Shown: positions 27,693 to 38,510 of the stretch, in pieces
How positions within the stretch are numbered: position 1 is the first letter of the stretch
How the letters are laid out: the number at the start of each line of letters is the position of its first letter
IMG/VR virus record: IMGVR_UViG_3300025162_000016
Span: 62,001-126,000 of that record
Length of the DNA stretch: 64,000 bases
Strand: one strand, 5' to 3'
The notes under the pieces: model-generated
The model's input: the letters and a program-made list of their open reading frames with translations, nothing else
What the model was told of the DNA's origin: nothing
Databases searched by the model: none
Made by a program: the position numbers and the translations under genes

Positions 27693-27824
27693 TTCGTAGC
27701 GGTAATTAGTACATTCTAAAACCGCAAACATGTGGCAATACGGTAACCCTTCTTATTTGCCGTCACATCGACATATTACCCACATTGTGGTTCTAATAAC
27801 TACAGAGATAAAATATAAAATATT

Positions 27825-29252
27825 ATGGATTCAAATTTATTGAAAGAGGCAATTGCAGACGCAAAGGCTGTCCGACAAACTGCTCTGGCAAATGCCAAAG
27901 CGGCATTGACAGAAGCATTTGGAGAACAACTTTCAGCGATGCTTGCCCCAACACTCGAAGAGGATACCATGGAGCAAACTCCTAATGGTCAAGATCCTTT
28001 AGCTCAAACGCAACCACCCGTTCCCGGCATGGAACAAGAATCGGTCAATGAAGCCGATATCGAAGAAATCATTCGTGAACTCGAATCTGGGATTTCACAG
28101 GATCAACAAGATCCAACTGGAATGGGTGCAAATGTTCCACCGCCAGTACCGGGAGCAGGCGCTCCGCCAGTACCGGGAGCAGGTGCCCCGCCATTGCCGG
28201 GAGCAGGTGCCCCGCCATCACCCGAGATGGGAATGGGAGCAGGCGCTCCTCCATCGCCCGAAATGGGAATGGGTGCAGGTGCCCCACCACCAGTACCGGG
28301 AGCAGGTGCTCCGCCAATGGAAACCCCGCCAGTAACACCAGATGCAACACAAGGAGATGAAGAAATGGATGAAGAATTTGATATTAATGAACTTTTGGAA
28401 TCGTTAAAAGACGAGGACGAAACGTGCAATCTCCCTCCGTGGGAAAAGAAAGGCAATGACGACGAGGAACAATTAGATGAAGGCGTTCCCGTTAAATCTT
28501 CAGGCATTGCAGGTTCTAATAATAAGATGCCGTCATCCGATGCAAGTGCCTCTTCTCATATTGAGTCGGGTGGCAGAGATAAAGTTGGCGGTGGAGAAGG
28601 CTATAAAGCCGGACCCGAAGATGCCACTACAGCTAAACGACCAAATCAGGCTAAAAATGCCAATAAAACAAATCTTTCTACTCCCGGTGGAGCATTAAAG
28701 GAAAATACCGGTGGTTCTACTCCCGGCTATCCAGAAGGTGCTAAAAAGAAATCTACCGGTAATGATCCAAGTGAAGTCAGTGATACGCCAAATGCTGGTC
28801 CAGTTACTCCAGAAAAAATGTCTACTCCTGCTCTTCATAAGGAAAATGTTGCCCTTAAAGGACAACTCAAGGAAGCCGAGGATACCCTCACTTACCTTCG
28901 TACCCAACTTAATGAGATCAACTTGCTAAACGCCAAATTGCTTTACACGAACAAGCTGTTTAAAGAATATAGCATGCATAACGATAAGAAAATGAAAATC
29001 GTTGAAATGTTTGACCTCGCCAAAAATGTTCGTGAAGTGAAAATGACCTATGCGGTTATCGCTGAGTCCCTCAATTTCGGTGCCGACTTTAAAAGAAAAG
29101 TGTCTTCTAAAGTTCAATCTATCACCGAAGGCATGGCGAGTAAACCCATAGCCGGAACTGCCCCTCGACAAATCATTGCCGAAAGTGCGAGATCCGAAAT
29201 GGTGTCTAAATTCCAACGACTCGCAGGAATTAAGACCCCATCAAATAAATAA
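27825..29252 (+). CDS. Prohead scaffolding/core protein
   Basis: [21 protein letters not shown] start; [18 protein letters not shown]; KFQRLAGI end. Directly upstream of the capsid gene. Confidence 0.8.
   Translation: MDSNLLKEAIADAKAVRQTALANAKAALTEAFGEQLSAMLAPTLEEDTMEQTPNGQDPLAQTQPPVPGMEQESVNEADIEEIIRELESGISQDQQDPTGMGANVPPPVPGAGAPPVPGAGAPPLPGAGAPPSPEMGMGAGAPPSPEMGMGAGAPPPVPGAGAPPMETPPVTPDATQGDEEMDEEFDINELLESLKDEDETCNLPPWEKKGNDDEEQLDEGVPVKSSGIAGSNNKMPSSDASASSHIESGGRDKVGGGEGYKAGPEDATTAKRPNQAKNANKTNLSTPGGALKENTGGSTPGYPEGAKKKSTGNDPSEVSDTPNAGPVTPEKMSTPALHKENVALKGQLKEAEDTLTYLRTQLNEINLLNAKLLYTNKLFKEYSMHNDKKMKIVEMFDLAKNVREVKMTYAVIAESLNFGADFKRKVSSKVQSITEGMASKPIAGTAPRQIIAESARSEMVSKFQRLAGIKTPSNK
28136..28320 (+). 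repeat. In-frame PPVPGAGA / [12 protein letters not shown] tandem repeats
   Basis: 24-33 bp GC-rich imperfect repeats. Confidence 0.85.
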
Positions 29253-29281
29253 TAGCGAGGAGAATTAAGGAAAAATCGTAT

Positions 29282-31000
29282 ATGGATAATGTAAAAGAAT
29301 TGTTGACCAGTGCGCTGGATCCACAAGCTCGCCTGAAGAAGGAAACCCGTGGACTCGTGTCTAAATGGGATAAAACCGGTCTTCTTGAGGGACTTAGGGA
29401 TGATATCGCCAAGAGTAACATGTCAGTGTTACTCGAAAATCAAGCAAAACAACTGATCGAAGAGTCTTCCGTCACCGGAACCTCCGCTAACAGTGAACAA
29501 TGGGCTGGCGTGGCACTGCCACTCGTCCGTCGTGTATTTGCTGAAATCGCAGCCAAAGAGTTCGTCTCTGTTCAGCCTATGAACCTGCCGTCCGGTTTGG
29601 TGTTCTACTTGGACTTCAAGTATGGATCAAACTCCGGTGTGTTCACTGCTGATTCTAGCACGAATTACTCATCGCTGTTCGGTGGAATCTCGGGTTCCGC
29701 CACTGCCGACCCGTGGAAACTCGGCTCAACCAATGCCCCAGTGGGTGGTCTCTATGGACCAGGACGTTATGGCTATACCATTAATGATATAACTTCGAAT
29801 AACCTCCCAATCACGGTTGGTACTGCATCCCTTGCAGATATTAACTTCGATACTGGTAACAGTAACGATCCCGTGAATGGAAGCATTTCATCGTCTCTCG
29901 CCGCAGGTATGTTGTTCACCGTAACCACAAATGGCTTACCGTCTGCTTCTCTTGCCCTCGCAAGTTCATACCCCGATATGAATGCAGTTCGCTCGTTCGC
30001 CCCCGCTTCTCCTACTATCTACACTTGCTTCCCCGGCTTTACTCGTATCGCCGGAACCGAAGTATTGTTTGTAGTTAGTGCGTCAAAGGCTAATGCGGCA
30101 TGGCTCGGAGCTGAATTAACGGCATCCGTTAATTATTCCATCCAGCCAAAGGATACCAGTCGTGGTGACTTTGAAGATCGCTTGGGCAAAGCCTCTGGTG
30201 ATACCGGATTGAATAAGGATATCGGTATTCCTGAAGTTAATCTTGAGTTGAAGAGCGAGCCAATTGTGGCCAAAACTCGTAAACTTAAAGCAGTTTGGAC
30301 CCCAGAATTGGCACAGGACTTGAACGCCTACCACTCGGTAGACGCTGAAGCCGAATTGACCGCTCTGTTGTCTGAATACGTGTCTATGGAAATCGATCTG
30401 GAAATCCTCGACATGCTGATTAATAACGTTCCTAATATCAATAAGGAACGTTGGAGCGCAGTGCTCAATCGTGAAATCGTCAAGACTGGCGCTAATTCGT
30501 ATGCATTCCAAGATACGACTACTGCCGGTACTGGTGGATATTACACCAAGGCAACTTGGTACCAGACCCTTGGTAACAAGGTTCAGAAAGTATCCAATAA
30601 GATTCACCAGCTAACGCTGCGTGGTGGTGCTAACTTCATGGTCGTCGGACCAGATGTCGCCACTATCCTCGAATCTATCCCCGGCTTCGTGGTCAACACG
30701 GACGGCGATAGTGCCAAATTCGCTATGGGTGTCTCTAAAGTCGGTAGCTTCGCAAGTCGCTTCCAAGTATATAAGAACCCCTATATGCAGGAAAACCTAA
30801 TCCTAATGGGATTCCGTGGAAATAATTTCCTCGAAACCGGTGCTGTGTATGCTCCATACATCCCGCTCATCCAGACCCCACTGGTCTATGACCCAGTCAA
30901 TTTTACCCCTCGCAGAGGTGTGATGACTCGGTACGCCAAGAAAATCGTTAGGCCCGAGTTTTATGGTCTAATCTATGTTTCTGACACCGATAGAGTCTAA
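29282..31000 (+). CDS. Major capsid protein (T4 gp23-like)
   Basis: LPLVRRVF, VQPMNLPSGLVFYLDF, AKTRKLKAVWTPELAQDLNAYH, YAPYIPL, RRGVMTRYA. Confidence 0.96.
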   Translation: MDNVKELLTSALDPQARLKKETRGLVSKWDKTGLLEGLRDDIAKSNMSVLLENQAKQLIEESSVTGTSANSEQWAGVALPLVRRVFAEIAAKEFVSVQPMNLPSGLVFYLDFKYGSNSGVFTADSSTNYSSLFGGISGSATADPWKLGSTNAPVGGLYGPGRYGYTINDITSNNLPITVGTASLADINFDTGNSNDPVNGSISSSLAAGMLFTVTTNGLPSASLALASSYPDMNAVRSFAPASPTIYTCFPGFTRIAGTEVLFVVSASKANAAWLGAELTASVNYSIQPKDTSRGDFEDRLGKASGDTGLNKDIGIPEVNLELKSEPIVAKTRKLKAVWTPELAQDLNAYHSVDAEAELTALLSEYVSMEIDLEILDMLINNVPNINKERWSAVLNREIVKTGANSYAFQDTTTAGTGGYYTKATWYQTLGNKVQKVSNKIHQLTLRGGANFMVVGPDVATILESIPGFVVNTDGDSAKFAMGVSKVGSFASRFQVYKNPYMQENLILMGFRGNNFLETGAVYAPYIPLIQTPLVYDPVNFTPRRGVMTRYAKKIVRPEFYGLIYVSDTDRV

Positions 31001-31018
31001 CATAACTCCTTCAAATAC

Positions 31019-31050
31019 AGGGACTTCTGAGAAATCAGAAGTCCTTTTTT
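31019..31050 (+). terminator. Intrinsic terminator after capsid gene
   Basis: GGACTTCTGA-GAAA-TCAGAAGTCC plus T-run. Confidence 0.9.
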
Positions 31051-31111
31051 ATTTGTAGATACACGAAATAGATAACTATCTTTTTGGCATATCCACTCTC
31101 TAAGAATTTAG

Positions 31112-32980
31112 TTGAACTATAGACAATTATCTGATATAGTTATAACCATGATAATAAATCAAAACGAAATAATAATAACGGAAGACGAGTCAAAAAAATG
31201 TAAATTATGTAACAATATATTTAGATCGGGACGAGTAATGATATGGCATGTTCGAAAAGAACATAAATTAAATTTTAAAAGTTATATTTTACAAACATAT
31301 TACAATAATGAAACTCCTAAATGTTTAAAAACAGGAAAAGAACTAACGTTTAAACCACATCAATTAGGACCATGGTTTAGTAATTATTCTAAAAACAATT
31401 TTCCGAGAAAAAATCATTCTGAAGAATCTAAAGGAAAAATACGAATCGGATGCGAGAGAACTTCAATGAATAAATTCGGGGTTAAAAATGTGTTTCAAAC
31501 AGAATGGTGCAAGGAAAAAATAAAAAATACTATTAAAGAAAAATATGGAGTTAATAATCCGATGCAAATTGATGAGTTTAAACAAAAAATGATTAATTCA
31601 TTTTTTGAAACGATAAAAAATCGTCCAATTAAAACTTATATAAAAACTAATATAGATCCTAATCGTCCATCAAAATTAGAATTTGATTTTTCAAACAAAC
31701 TGAAATGTAATAACATTGACTTTATATCTCCTTTTGTATACAATGGAAAACGTTTTGATTTTTATATTCCAATTTTAAATACAATTATTGAACTCGATGG
31801 TGAAGCATATCATAAAGATCAGTTAGAATCATTAACTCTTAAAACAATAAACGGAAGTAGGAATGATTACAATAAAAATAATATAATAGATAAATCATTT
31901 TATGATTTTTATCGAATACGATATCATATTGATCGGTTTATTTTTAACGATGTTGCATCTTTAAATAAAGCAATCAACGAAAATAAATATTTTCCGAATT
32001 ATGGAATTAAATATAAACAAAAAATTGTTGAAAGGAAATATTTCAAACGGTATATCAGTTCCAAGGGAAAAGAAAACCTTTTAAAATATTCTTATTTATT
32101 CTTAAAATTCATTAGGGCATTTCAGCCGGAGTTACCGTATCCGGATTTGGAGGAAGAATTGGGTAATATATTACAAAAGGTAGCTAATTATGATATAGCG
32201 AGGGTATATGATAAGGGCACCGGGAATTTTTCGAGTAACATATCAATGGTAGGGAACAATTATTTAAAGCATTATTTTCATTCGTATTGGGGAGCAAAGT
32301 TTTCGGGTAATTTGAGTCCAAAGGAGGCATGGTTAGATAATAAGATAATGAAAGAGGTTATAGAATATCGGGTTGGGTGTAATAACAGCAATGAGGTATA
32401 TGATTTTAGTTTACATCAAGTGGTGAGGGGATTATCAGCGAGGAGGATTACGGTATCTTTTTTTCCTTCTTTATTAGCCGCCAGCATTTATTCGGTTATA
32501 TTAGGAGATAAAGAATATCCGGTGGTATTAGATCCTTGTTGTGGGTTTGGAGGAAGGTTACTAGGATTTAAGAGTAAATATCCTAATGGGACATATATTG
32601 GATGCGAGCCAAATATTGAGACATATAATGAGTTACAGGATTTAGTTAAACGGGCGAATTGGAAGAATGTAACTATATATAATTGTAAATTTGAAGAATT
32701 TGAAGATGGAACTGACAACTATGATTTGATATTTACTTCTATTCCATATTATGATATTGAGATATATAGTAACAATACTGGGTATGGATCATTTGATGGA
32801 TGGAGGGATACATTTATTAAATCGATAGAGAAATACCGGGGAAAGAATTGTTATATTAATGTAGCGACGGAAGTGGCGAATCGGTTACAATGGAATGACC
32901 GTCCGTATAAAATTTTAAAGAATACTTCACATTTTTGTAAAAGCCGGAATCAAAGAATGGAACCTATTGTTAGGTTATGA
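31112..32980 (+). CDS. C2H2 finger / KYG repeat / Vsr-DUF559-like nuclease / amino-methyltransferase fusion (start may be ATG 31148)
   Basis: CKLC..HVRKEH; RFDFYI..IELDGEAYH; DPCCGFGGRLLG, GCEPN, FTSIPYY. Confidence 0.7.
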   Translation: MNYRQLSDIVITMIINQNEIIITEDESKKCKLCNNIFRSGRVMIWHVRKEHKLNFKSYILQTYYNNETPKCLKTGKELTFKPHQLGPWFSNYSKNNFPRKNHSEESKGKIRIGCERTSMNKFGVKNVFQTEWCKEKIKNTIKEKYGVNNPMQIDEFKQKMINSFFETIKNRPIKTYIKTNIDPNRPSKLEFDFSNKLKCNNIDFISPFVYNGKRFDFYIPILNTIIELDGEAYHKDQLESLTLKTINGSRNDYNKNNIIDKSFYDFYRIRYHIDRFIFNDVASLNKAINENKYFPNYGIKYKQKIVERKYFKRYISSKGKENLLKYSYLFLKFIRAFQPELPYPDLEEELGNILQKVANYDIARVYDKGTGNFSSNISMVGNNYLKHYFHSYWGAKFSGNLSPKEAWLDNKIMKEVIEYRVGCNNSNEVYDFSLHQVVRGLSARRITVSFFPSLLAASIYSVILGDKEYPVVLDPCCGFGGRLLGFKSKYPNGTYIGCEPNIETYNELQDLVKRANWKNVTIYNCKFEEFEDGTDNYDLIFTSIPYYDIEIYSNNTGYGSFDGWRDTFIKSIEKYRGKNCYINVATEVANRLQWNDRPYKILKNTSHFCKSRNQRMEPIVRL

Positions 32981-33043
32981 GTAGAAATCGATAAAAGAGA
33001 GTGTTCTTTGCAGTTCATCTGATATTTATATATCAGATTAATT

Positions 33044-35482
33044 ATGCCATTACTTCGAGATATATTATTAAATGAGAAGAAAGCGGTTATACCTGATGAG
33101 GATATTAAGGAGCGTTCATGGATAATTGTTTTTCGGTATAATCCTTCATTAGAAGTATTAATTGTAAGGGATTCAGATAAGCGGTGGACATTACCTGGGG
33201 GACAATTAGACAATGGAGAAACGGCAGAGGAGGCGGCATACCGGGAATTAGAAGAGGAAACCGGTATAGTTGCTAAGAAGCTAGAATTTCTTAAAACGAT
33301 TTATCATGACAAACCTAATAAACTTAAAGTATCTAATGTTTATTATACTGAGGTTTCTAAGACTATTAAAGTAAGAGCCGGTGATGATGCAGAGAAAAGC
33401 AAATGGATTACACCATCTGAGGCCAAGAAGTTATCTGATTTAAGTGATCCTAAAGTTGATGTTATTAAATTAGCGATGGAGAAGGTTTATGATGCCGGTA
33501 AAGAGCTTAAAGAGACGATTGAATTGGCTAGGAGCATGGGTTTACCTCTTCAATTACTTACGGAGTCTAAAAAGAAGCGAAAGACAAATGAGGGGTATTT
33601 AATTGTATTTGAGGGAATCGACGGTTCGGGGAAAACGACAGCCCGTAAAAAGTTAAAAAAATGGTTGGAAGAAAAGGGGTGGAAAGTAGCGGTTAGTAAG
33701 TGGGGAAGTTCTCCCGAGATTGCCAAACTTTTAAAAGTAGGAAAGCAACAAAAGTGGCTTACTCCGATGTTATTTTCTCTTTTACATGCTAGCGATATGG
33801 TATGGAGGCATCAAAACGAGATAGCGCCATTTTTAAAAAAGGGTCATGTTGTTATTTGTGACCGATATCATTATACTAGTTATGTGAGAGATTGTTTACG
33901 GGGAGTTGATAAAAAGATTTTAGATGGGATTTATAAAGATTTTGTAGAACCGGATTTATTATTTCATTTCAAGGTATCTCCTCGCCTTGCGGTAGAACGA
34001 TTACTAAAAGACAAAGGTTTTAAATATTATAGTAGTGGGATGGATATTGGGTATCATAAAAAGATGGAAGAGTGTGCATTGGTATATGAAAAGAAAATGG
34101 ATGCCGAATACTGTAATATTCTTCCAAAGGTAAAAAGTTATAAAAGTGTAGACTCGGAGAGAAGTATAGATGAAATATTCGAAGAAATAAAGAAGTTTAT
34201 TCATGAAAAAATAAAAGAAGTAGAACGTTCTCCAAAGGAAGTGATTGAAGACAATATGATAAAAATGTCAGATTTGATGAGAGATTCCATTTCGAGTGAA
34301 GCGGGAGATTCGTTCAAAATTTTATGTGAAGAATTTCATGAACATAAAGATTGGTTTCTGTATGAGGGATCGGATAAAATAACTACGGTATTTGAAGATA
34401 ATTCTCGACAAACATTTAAGGTTCATTTTCGAGATAATCGCAATGAAAACCGAGAGAAACACCGCATGAAAGCGGCTAGGACATGGAAACGGTTAGCAAT
34501 GGAAATAAGGAAAAACGCAGGGTTAAGTGAAGGTGGGAATCCTATTATTATTCCATGGCAAGAATGTTTTTCCCGAGCATTGAAAAGCGATGGGATGAAA
34601 GAATTTGTGGATGACGGATCAGCCGCCCCGATTTTTGAAACATATATTTACGAGACAGCATCTCTCAATGAGATGACATACGATGAGTTACAACGGAGCA
34701 TGCAAAGATATCGTACCAAAGCAGATATCAATAGAGGAACTACTACGGGAGCAGATGGTAGAGAGCAAAGATCGAAAGAGGTTAAAGTTAGATCATTAAA
34801 AATTATTAGTACATTAGGTCGAGATAAAGAAGAGCATGAAACCTCCACATTTAGTTATAAATCCAATGGAAGCGATCAACGATGGAATGGATTAATCCGG
34901 TTTATAGAAAACAAAAAAGATGGGGAATCAATTCCGGTGGCTCCAAAAAAAGATGATCAGGACGTGGAAGTAAATTGTGACTGTCCGGATTATAAATATG
35001 TCTGGGCCAAAGCAAATTCGGATGTAGATGCGGGAGAGACAGGAACAAAGACTACAGGGGGATTTTCAGCAGGAGGCGCTGTATCTAAGATTGAACCTAA
35101 ATCGATGCAATATAAGACACAGGCAGCTCCAGGAAAACCGGTGAATATTTTTGAAGTTGGAGAAGGAGAAGTTGTTAATGTCGATAGGAGAGGGGGATTT
35201 CAAGGGGGAAATACTAATAATGGGACAGATGGTAAAAGAATTCGAAATCCAGATAACACTCCTGGACTGTGCAAACACTTAATTGCATTAGCGGATTATA
35301 TTGAAGGAAGAACTGTGAATCCAGTAGCTTCTACAGAACCGGGAAAAAAAGAACCATCGGTGGTTGCTAAACCATCTGCTCTTAAAAAGACAGGTAAACC
35401 GGTAAATATATTTGAATCTATTAAACAATTTGCCATGACAAATCCAACTTTTATGGTTAAATACGAGGACGAAAATGATTAA
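33044..35482 (+). CDS. Nudix hydrolase / thymidylate kinase / SWIM-like Zn finger fusion
   Basis: Nudix box GGQLDNGETAEEAAYRELEEETG; P-loop FEGIDGSGKTT plus DRY; CDCPD...CKH. Confidence 0.8.
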   Translation: MPLLRDILLNEKKAVIPDEDIKERSWIIVFRYNPSLEVLIVRDSDKRWTLPGGQLDNGETAEEAAYRELEEETGIVAKKLEFLKTIYHDKPNKLKVSNVYYTEVSKTIKVRAGDDAEKSKWITPSEAKKLSDLSDPKVDVIKLAMEKVYDAGKELKETIELARSMGLPLQLLTESKKKRKTNEGYLIVFEGIDGSGKTTARKKLKKWLEEKGWKVAVSKWGSSPEIAKLLKVGKQQKWLTPMLFSLLHASDMVWRHQNEIAPFLKKGHVVICDRYHYTSYVRDCLRGVDKKILDGIYKDFVEPDLLFHFKVSPRLAVERLLKDKGFKYYSSGMDIGYHKKMEECALVYEKKMDAEYCNILPKVKSYKSVDSERSIDEIFEEIKKFIHEKIKEVERSPKEVIEDNMIKMSDLMRDSISSEAGDSFKILCEEFHEHKDWFLYEGSDKITTVFEDNSRQTFKVHFRDNRNENREKHRMKAARTWKRLAMEIRKNAGLSEGGNPIIIPWQECFSRALKSDGMKEFVDDGSAAPIFETYIYETASLNEMTYDELQRSMQRYRTKADINRGTTTGADGREQRSKEVKVRSLKIISTLGRDKEEHETSTFSYKSNGSDQRWNGLIRFIENKKDGESIPVAPKKDDQDVEVNCDCPDYKYVWAKANSDVDAGETGTKTTGGFSAGGAVSKIEPKSMQYKTQAAPGKPVNIFEVGEGEVVNVDRRGGFQGGNTNNGTDGKRIRNPDNTPGLCKHLIALADYIEGRTVNPVASTEPGKKEPSVVAKPSALKKTGKPVNIFESIKQFAMTNPTFMVKYEDEND

Positions 35483-36014
35483 ATTAAAATCATTATTATT
35501 GGAGATGATGAAAAAGATAGAAGTGCCGGACGAACCCGGTACCGTTTCTATTCCATCCGATCATCTTCGTTTATATCACTACACAAATATATCTCCTGAA
35601 ATTATTAAAAGGGAAGGTTTATTACAATCCAAATCAAGAGGGAGCACATATGGTGAACCTAATGGGGTATGGGCTTCGTTAGAATTACCACAGAAATATA
35701 AATTGTATGCAGAGTTTTCAATGGCAATAGATGACCGTAGGTTTACTGGGGGCGGATTGGGTCCGGATGTGAGCAAGGGGGCGGAATGGTATAAAGGAAG
35801 AGGCAATGATTTTGTTATATTCGGAGATGTTAAACCGTCTGAAATTATAGCAATTCATGAACCGTGGCATCACTCATATAGATATTTAGTAAAAGATAAG
35901 AAATTAATTGCCGAGGTTTTAGCCGGAAATTTCGATGATTTGTTAAAAGGAAATAATCCCACCGAGGCGAAAGCAATTCTTGCTATAAAAACCAACTTCG
36001 GCAATAGTCACTAA
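35475..36014 (+). CDS. ADP-ribosyltransferase-like protein with MIKLKxLL leader
   Basis: LYHYT....IKREGL......GVWAS. Confidence 0.5.
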   Translation: MIKLKSLLLEMMKKIEVPDEPGTVSIPSDHLRLYHYTNISPEIIKREGLLQSKSRGSTYGEPNGVWASLELPQKYKLYAEFSMAIDDRRFTGGGLGPDVSKGAEWYKGRGNDFVIFGDVKPSEIIAIHEPWHHSYRYLVKDKKLIAEVLAGNFDDLLKGNNPTEAKAILAIKTNFGNSH

Positions 36015-36024
36015 TTTTTTTAAA

Positions 36025-36810
36025 ATGAAAAAAAGCCAACTTAAAGAACTGGTGCGAGAAATAATTAAACGCACGTTTTGGATGCGAGAACAGAGACTAG
36101 ATGAATCACAAAAAGGCGAGTGGTGGATTTATTCAGATGGAAGCACTCAATATGCGAATGGCGATATAGGAGATTCCGGACATGAAGGATATGTTATAGA
36201 ACATGTAGCTCGTGAAATATATGAACATTTTCTTGGAGATCTATCGGAAGAAATGGGATATCTTGGAGAATATAACGAAGATATTAAACAAGCGTTAATA
36301 TCCGATGGAAACCTTGATGAGGAAGAGTCGAATATATGGGATGACGGAAAACCAACTCAAATTTTAACTAAAAAACTTCTTGAGGATAAAGTCTATAATA
36401 ATGCCCAACAAGCATCGGATGCGGTGATTATTGCGTGGGGGCCTAGTAGTATAGATGCCCGTGAGTATGCCATGGAGTATTTAGGGTGGAAGAGATTAAC
36501 TACTAATAGAGGTGGAACGAATGTTCAGACATGGTTTTTACGGCAGGAAGATTTGGATGTTATTAAACGAGGTATTTATGATGCATGGGGAGATAGTGAT
36601 TATGGAGATGAAAAATCGGATGATAGTAAACATAAAGTTACACTTGAGGTAATAGCCAATCATAAAGTGTTTAGTGATATTCCTATGGAAGAATTAGAAA
36701 AGGCGGCAGTCGGAGATATTATAACGCATCAAAGAGGGCTAGCATGGATGCGAGAGCGTAAAAAATCGGCCCCGATAATTGATCCGATTAATTTTACAAG
36801 GATGGGTTAG
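36025..36810 (+). CDS. Acidic hypothetical protein
   Basis: MKKSQLKELVRE leader. Confidence 0.5.
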   Translation: MKKSQLKELVREIIKRTFWMREQRLDESQKGEWWIYSDGSTQYANGDIGDSGHEGYVIEHVAREIYEHFLGDLSEEMGYLGEYNEDIKQALISDGNLDEEESNIWDDGKPTQILTKKLLEDKVYNNAQQASDAVIIAWGPSSIDAREYAMEYLGWKRLTTNRGGTNVQTWFLRQEDLDVIKRGIYDAWGDSDYGDEKSDDSKHKVTLEVIANHKVFSDIPMEELEKAAVGDIITHQRGLAWMRERKKSAPIIDPINFTRMG

Positions 36811-37538
36811 ATTTGTTTAACATATTTTATCGGAATAGAATGTTCTACGATTACAGTATATGGAGACATGTCGCTGGGCATTTCATCCTGTCCGGTTTCC
36901 CGATTCAATGAAGAACGAATATGGGTTCTAATTAGATATTCCATTATATCTGGTTCGAAATCCAGGTTTAATTTTTTGAGGTTAGATTCTTTCATGAACC
37001 GGTTTAAATCTAATTCTAAACAAATATTCCCATAAGTTCCAAGCGCATATTCTTCTGAATTGGTGCTTGTAAATATTCCACGTGAATATCGATTAGTCAA
37101 TCCAGTTCCGCCACTTCCAATAACAACGCCCTGTTTTTGAATTTCTTCGAATTTTTCTTCGGTAGTATAATGATATACTTTACCGGGATTTTCTTGTAGG
37201 CATTCAAGTGTAGATTCTATCCATGGATTGTAAATTTTAGAAGGATCAATATCCAGTGAGGCTTCTCCCTTATCATATATCCATTGATCGATATCTTTTA
37301 TTAAACTTACCGTTTCGGCATCTTTATCATATTCCACATAGATATTATGTTTTTTATCCCACAAGTTTAAAACTTTACCACTCAAATATTTTTTTCCGGC
37401 TAAATCATATTTTTTGATTAATTTGAGGAGTTCTTCTTTTTCGATGTCATATACAAAATAATCGATATAATCATACCAATCTTCCCATTGTTCGGAATCT
37501 TCGAGCTCTCCTTCGAGAAGTAATTTAAGTTTTATCAT
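36807..37538 (-). CDS. ADP-ribosyltransferase-like protein with MIKLKxLL leader
   Basis: VYHYT....IQKQGV......GIFTS. Confidence 0.5.
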   Translation of the reverse strand: MIKLKLLLEGELEDSEQWEDWYDYIDYFVYDIEKEELLKLIKKYDLAGKKYLSGKVLNLWDKKHNIYVEYDKDAETVSLIKDIDQWIYDKGEASLDIDPSKIYNPWIESTLECLQENPGKVYHYTTEEKFEEIQKQGVVIGSGGTGLTNRYSRGIFTSTNSEEYALGTYGNICLELDLNRFMKESNLKKLNLDFEPDIMEYLIRTHIRSSLNRETGQDEMPSDMSPYTVIVEHSIPIKYVKQI

Positions 37539-37539
37539 A

Positions 37540-38430
37540 TTAAAATGGAGATTCTTCTATTTTTACAAATTCAAGAACACTGGGAGGAACAGCATAAACA
37601 GTATAAAATGCGTCTCCTTGACTATCCTGACTACAGATTTTATCAATATCAACATTGGGTAAATTAATTTTTTTAACTCGAAATATTGCAATGTCATGAT
37701 ATTTTTCATCATCGAAACTATGAAAAGCATGTTCGGCTATTTTATAGACCCACCAATCTAATGTGCCCAAATCCGAGAAGAATATTTTTCCTTTACTATA
37801 TTCTTTATAATTAGAAACCGTGACGGGTTTACCTCTTATTTTTAATCCTTCTTTTTGAATTAGCGGGACATATGGAGCCAGCGTTACATGGTAATAATAT
37901 TCATCGGATTTCGATCTTAATTCTTCTTCTAAACCATATTTTTGTAACTGTGTTTTAAATGAATTATCCGTGCCTTTTGCTATTTCAGGAACTTTACCGA
38001 GCCATGTTTTACTCCACTCCATCGATTTGTTAACATCAAATCCTTGATAATCATCTTTTACCCAGAGCCATTTATGGTGCCAAATGTTATTTGATTGTCC
38101 TTCTCGAATATTACCATCGGGAAAAACTGCTATATATTTTCCTACATGAGGCTCTCTGGCAGTATCAAAATCACTGACTTCATCAAATCGAATAAGATTG
38201 GTTTTGTGGTCCCACATAACCGAATTAAATTGAAAGGTAGGTATTTTTTGTTTTAATATTTCTACTGCATTTTTGAGTAAACTATTAGGAATTACTTCTG
38301 AAGCATATTTTCGGTGAACATAAAGTTGTGAACCAACTAGTTTTCCAACTTGATTTTTATATCGCTTAATTGTACTTCCCTTAAGTGTTTTCAGAGCTTC
38401 TTCAATAAGTAAGTTTTTTAATTTAATCAT
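37540..38430 (-). CDS. Two-domain protein with MIKLKxLL leader and C-terminal ART-like domain
   Basis: N-terminal HHKWLWVKDDY domain; C-terminal YYHVT....IQKEGL......KIFFS. Confidence 0.5.
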   Translation of the reverse strand: MIKLKNLLIEEALKTLKGSTIKRYKNQVGKLVGSQLYVHRKYASEVIPNSLLKNAVEILKQKIPTFQFNSVMWDHKTNLIRFDEVSDFDTAREPHVGKYIAVFPDGNIREGQSNNIWHHKWLWVKDDYQGFDVNKSMEWSKTWLGKVPEIAKGTDNSFKTQLQKYGLEEELRSKSDEYYYHVTLAPYVPLIQKEGLKIRGKPVTVSNYKEYSKGKIFFSDLGTLDWWVYKIAEHAFHSFDDEKYHDIAIFRVKKINLPNVDIDKICSQDSQGDAFYTVYAVPPSVLEFVKIEESPF

Positions 38431-38510
38431 GTCGATTAATAAATATAACCATAATAACTGAAATTCGGAAAACGATAGAGTTATCTTGAATAGGATGATA
38501 TTTATGTTAT

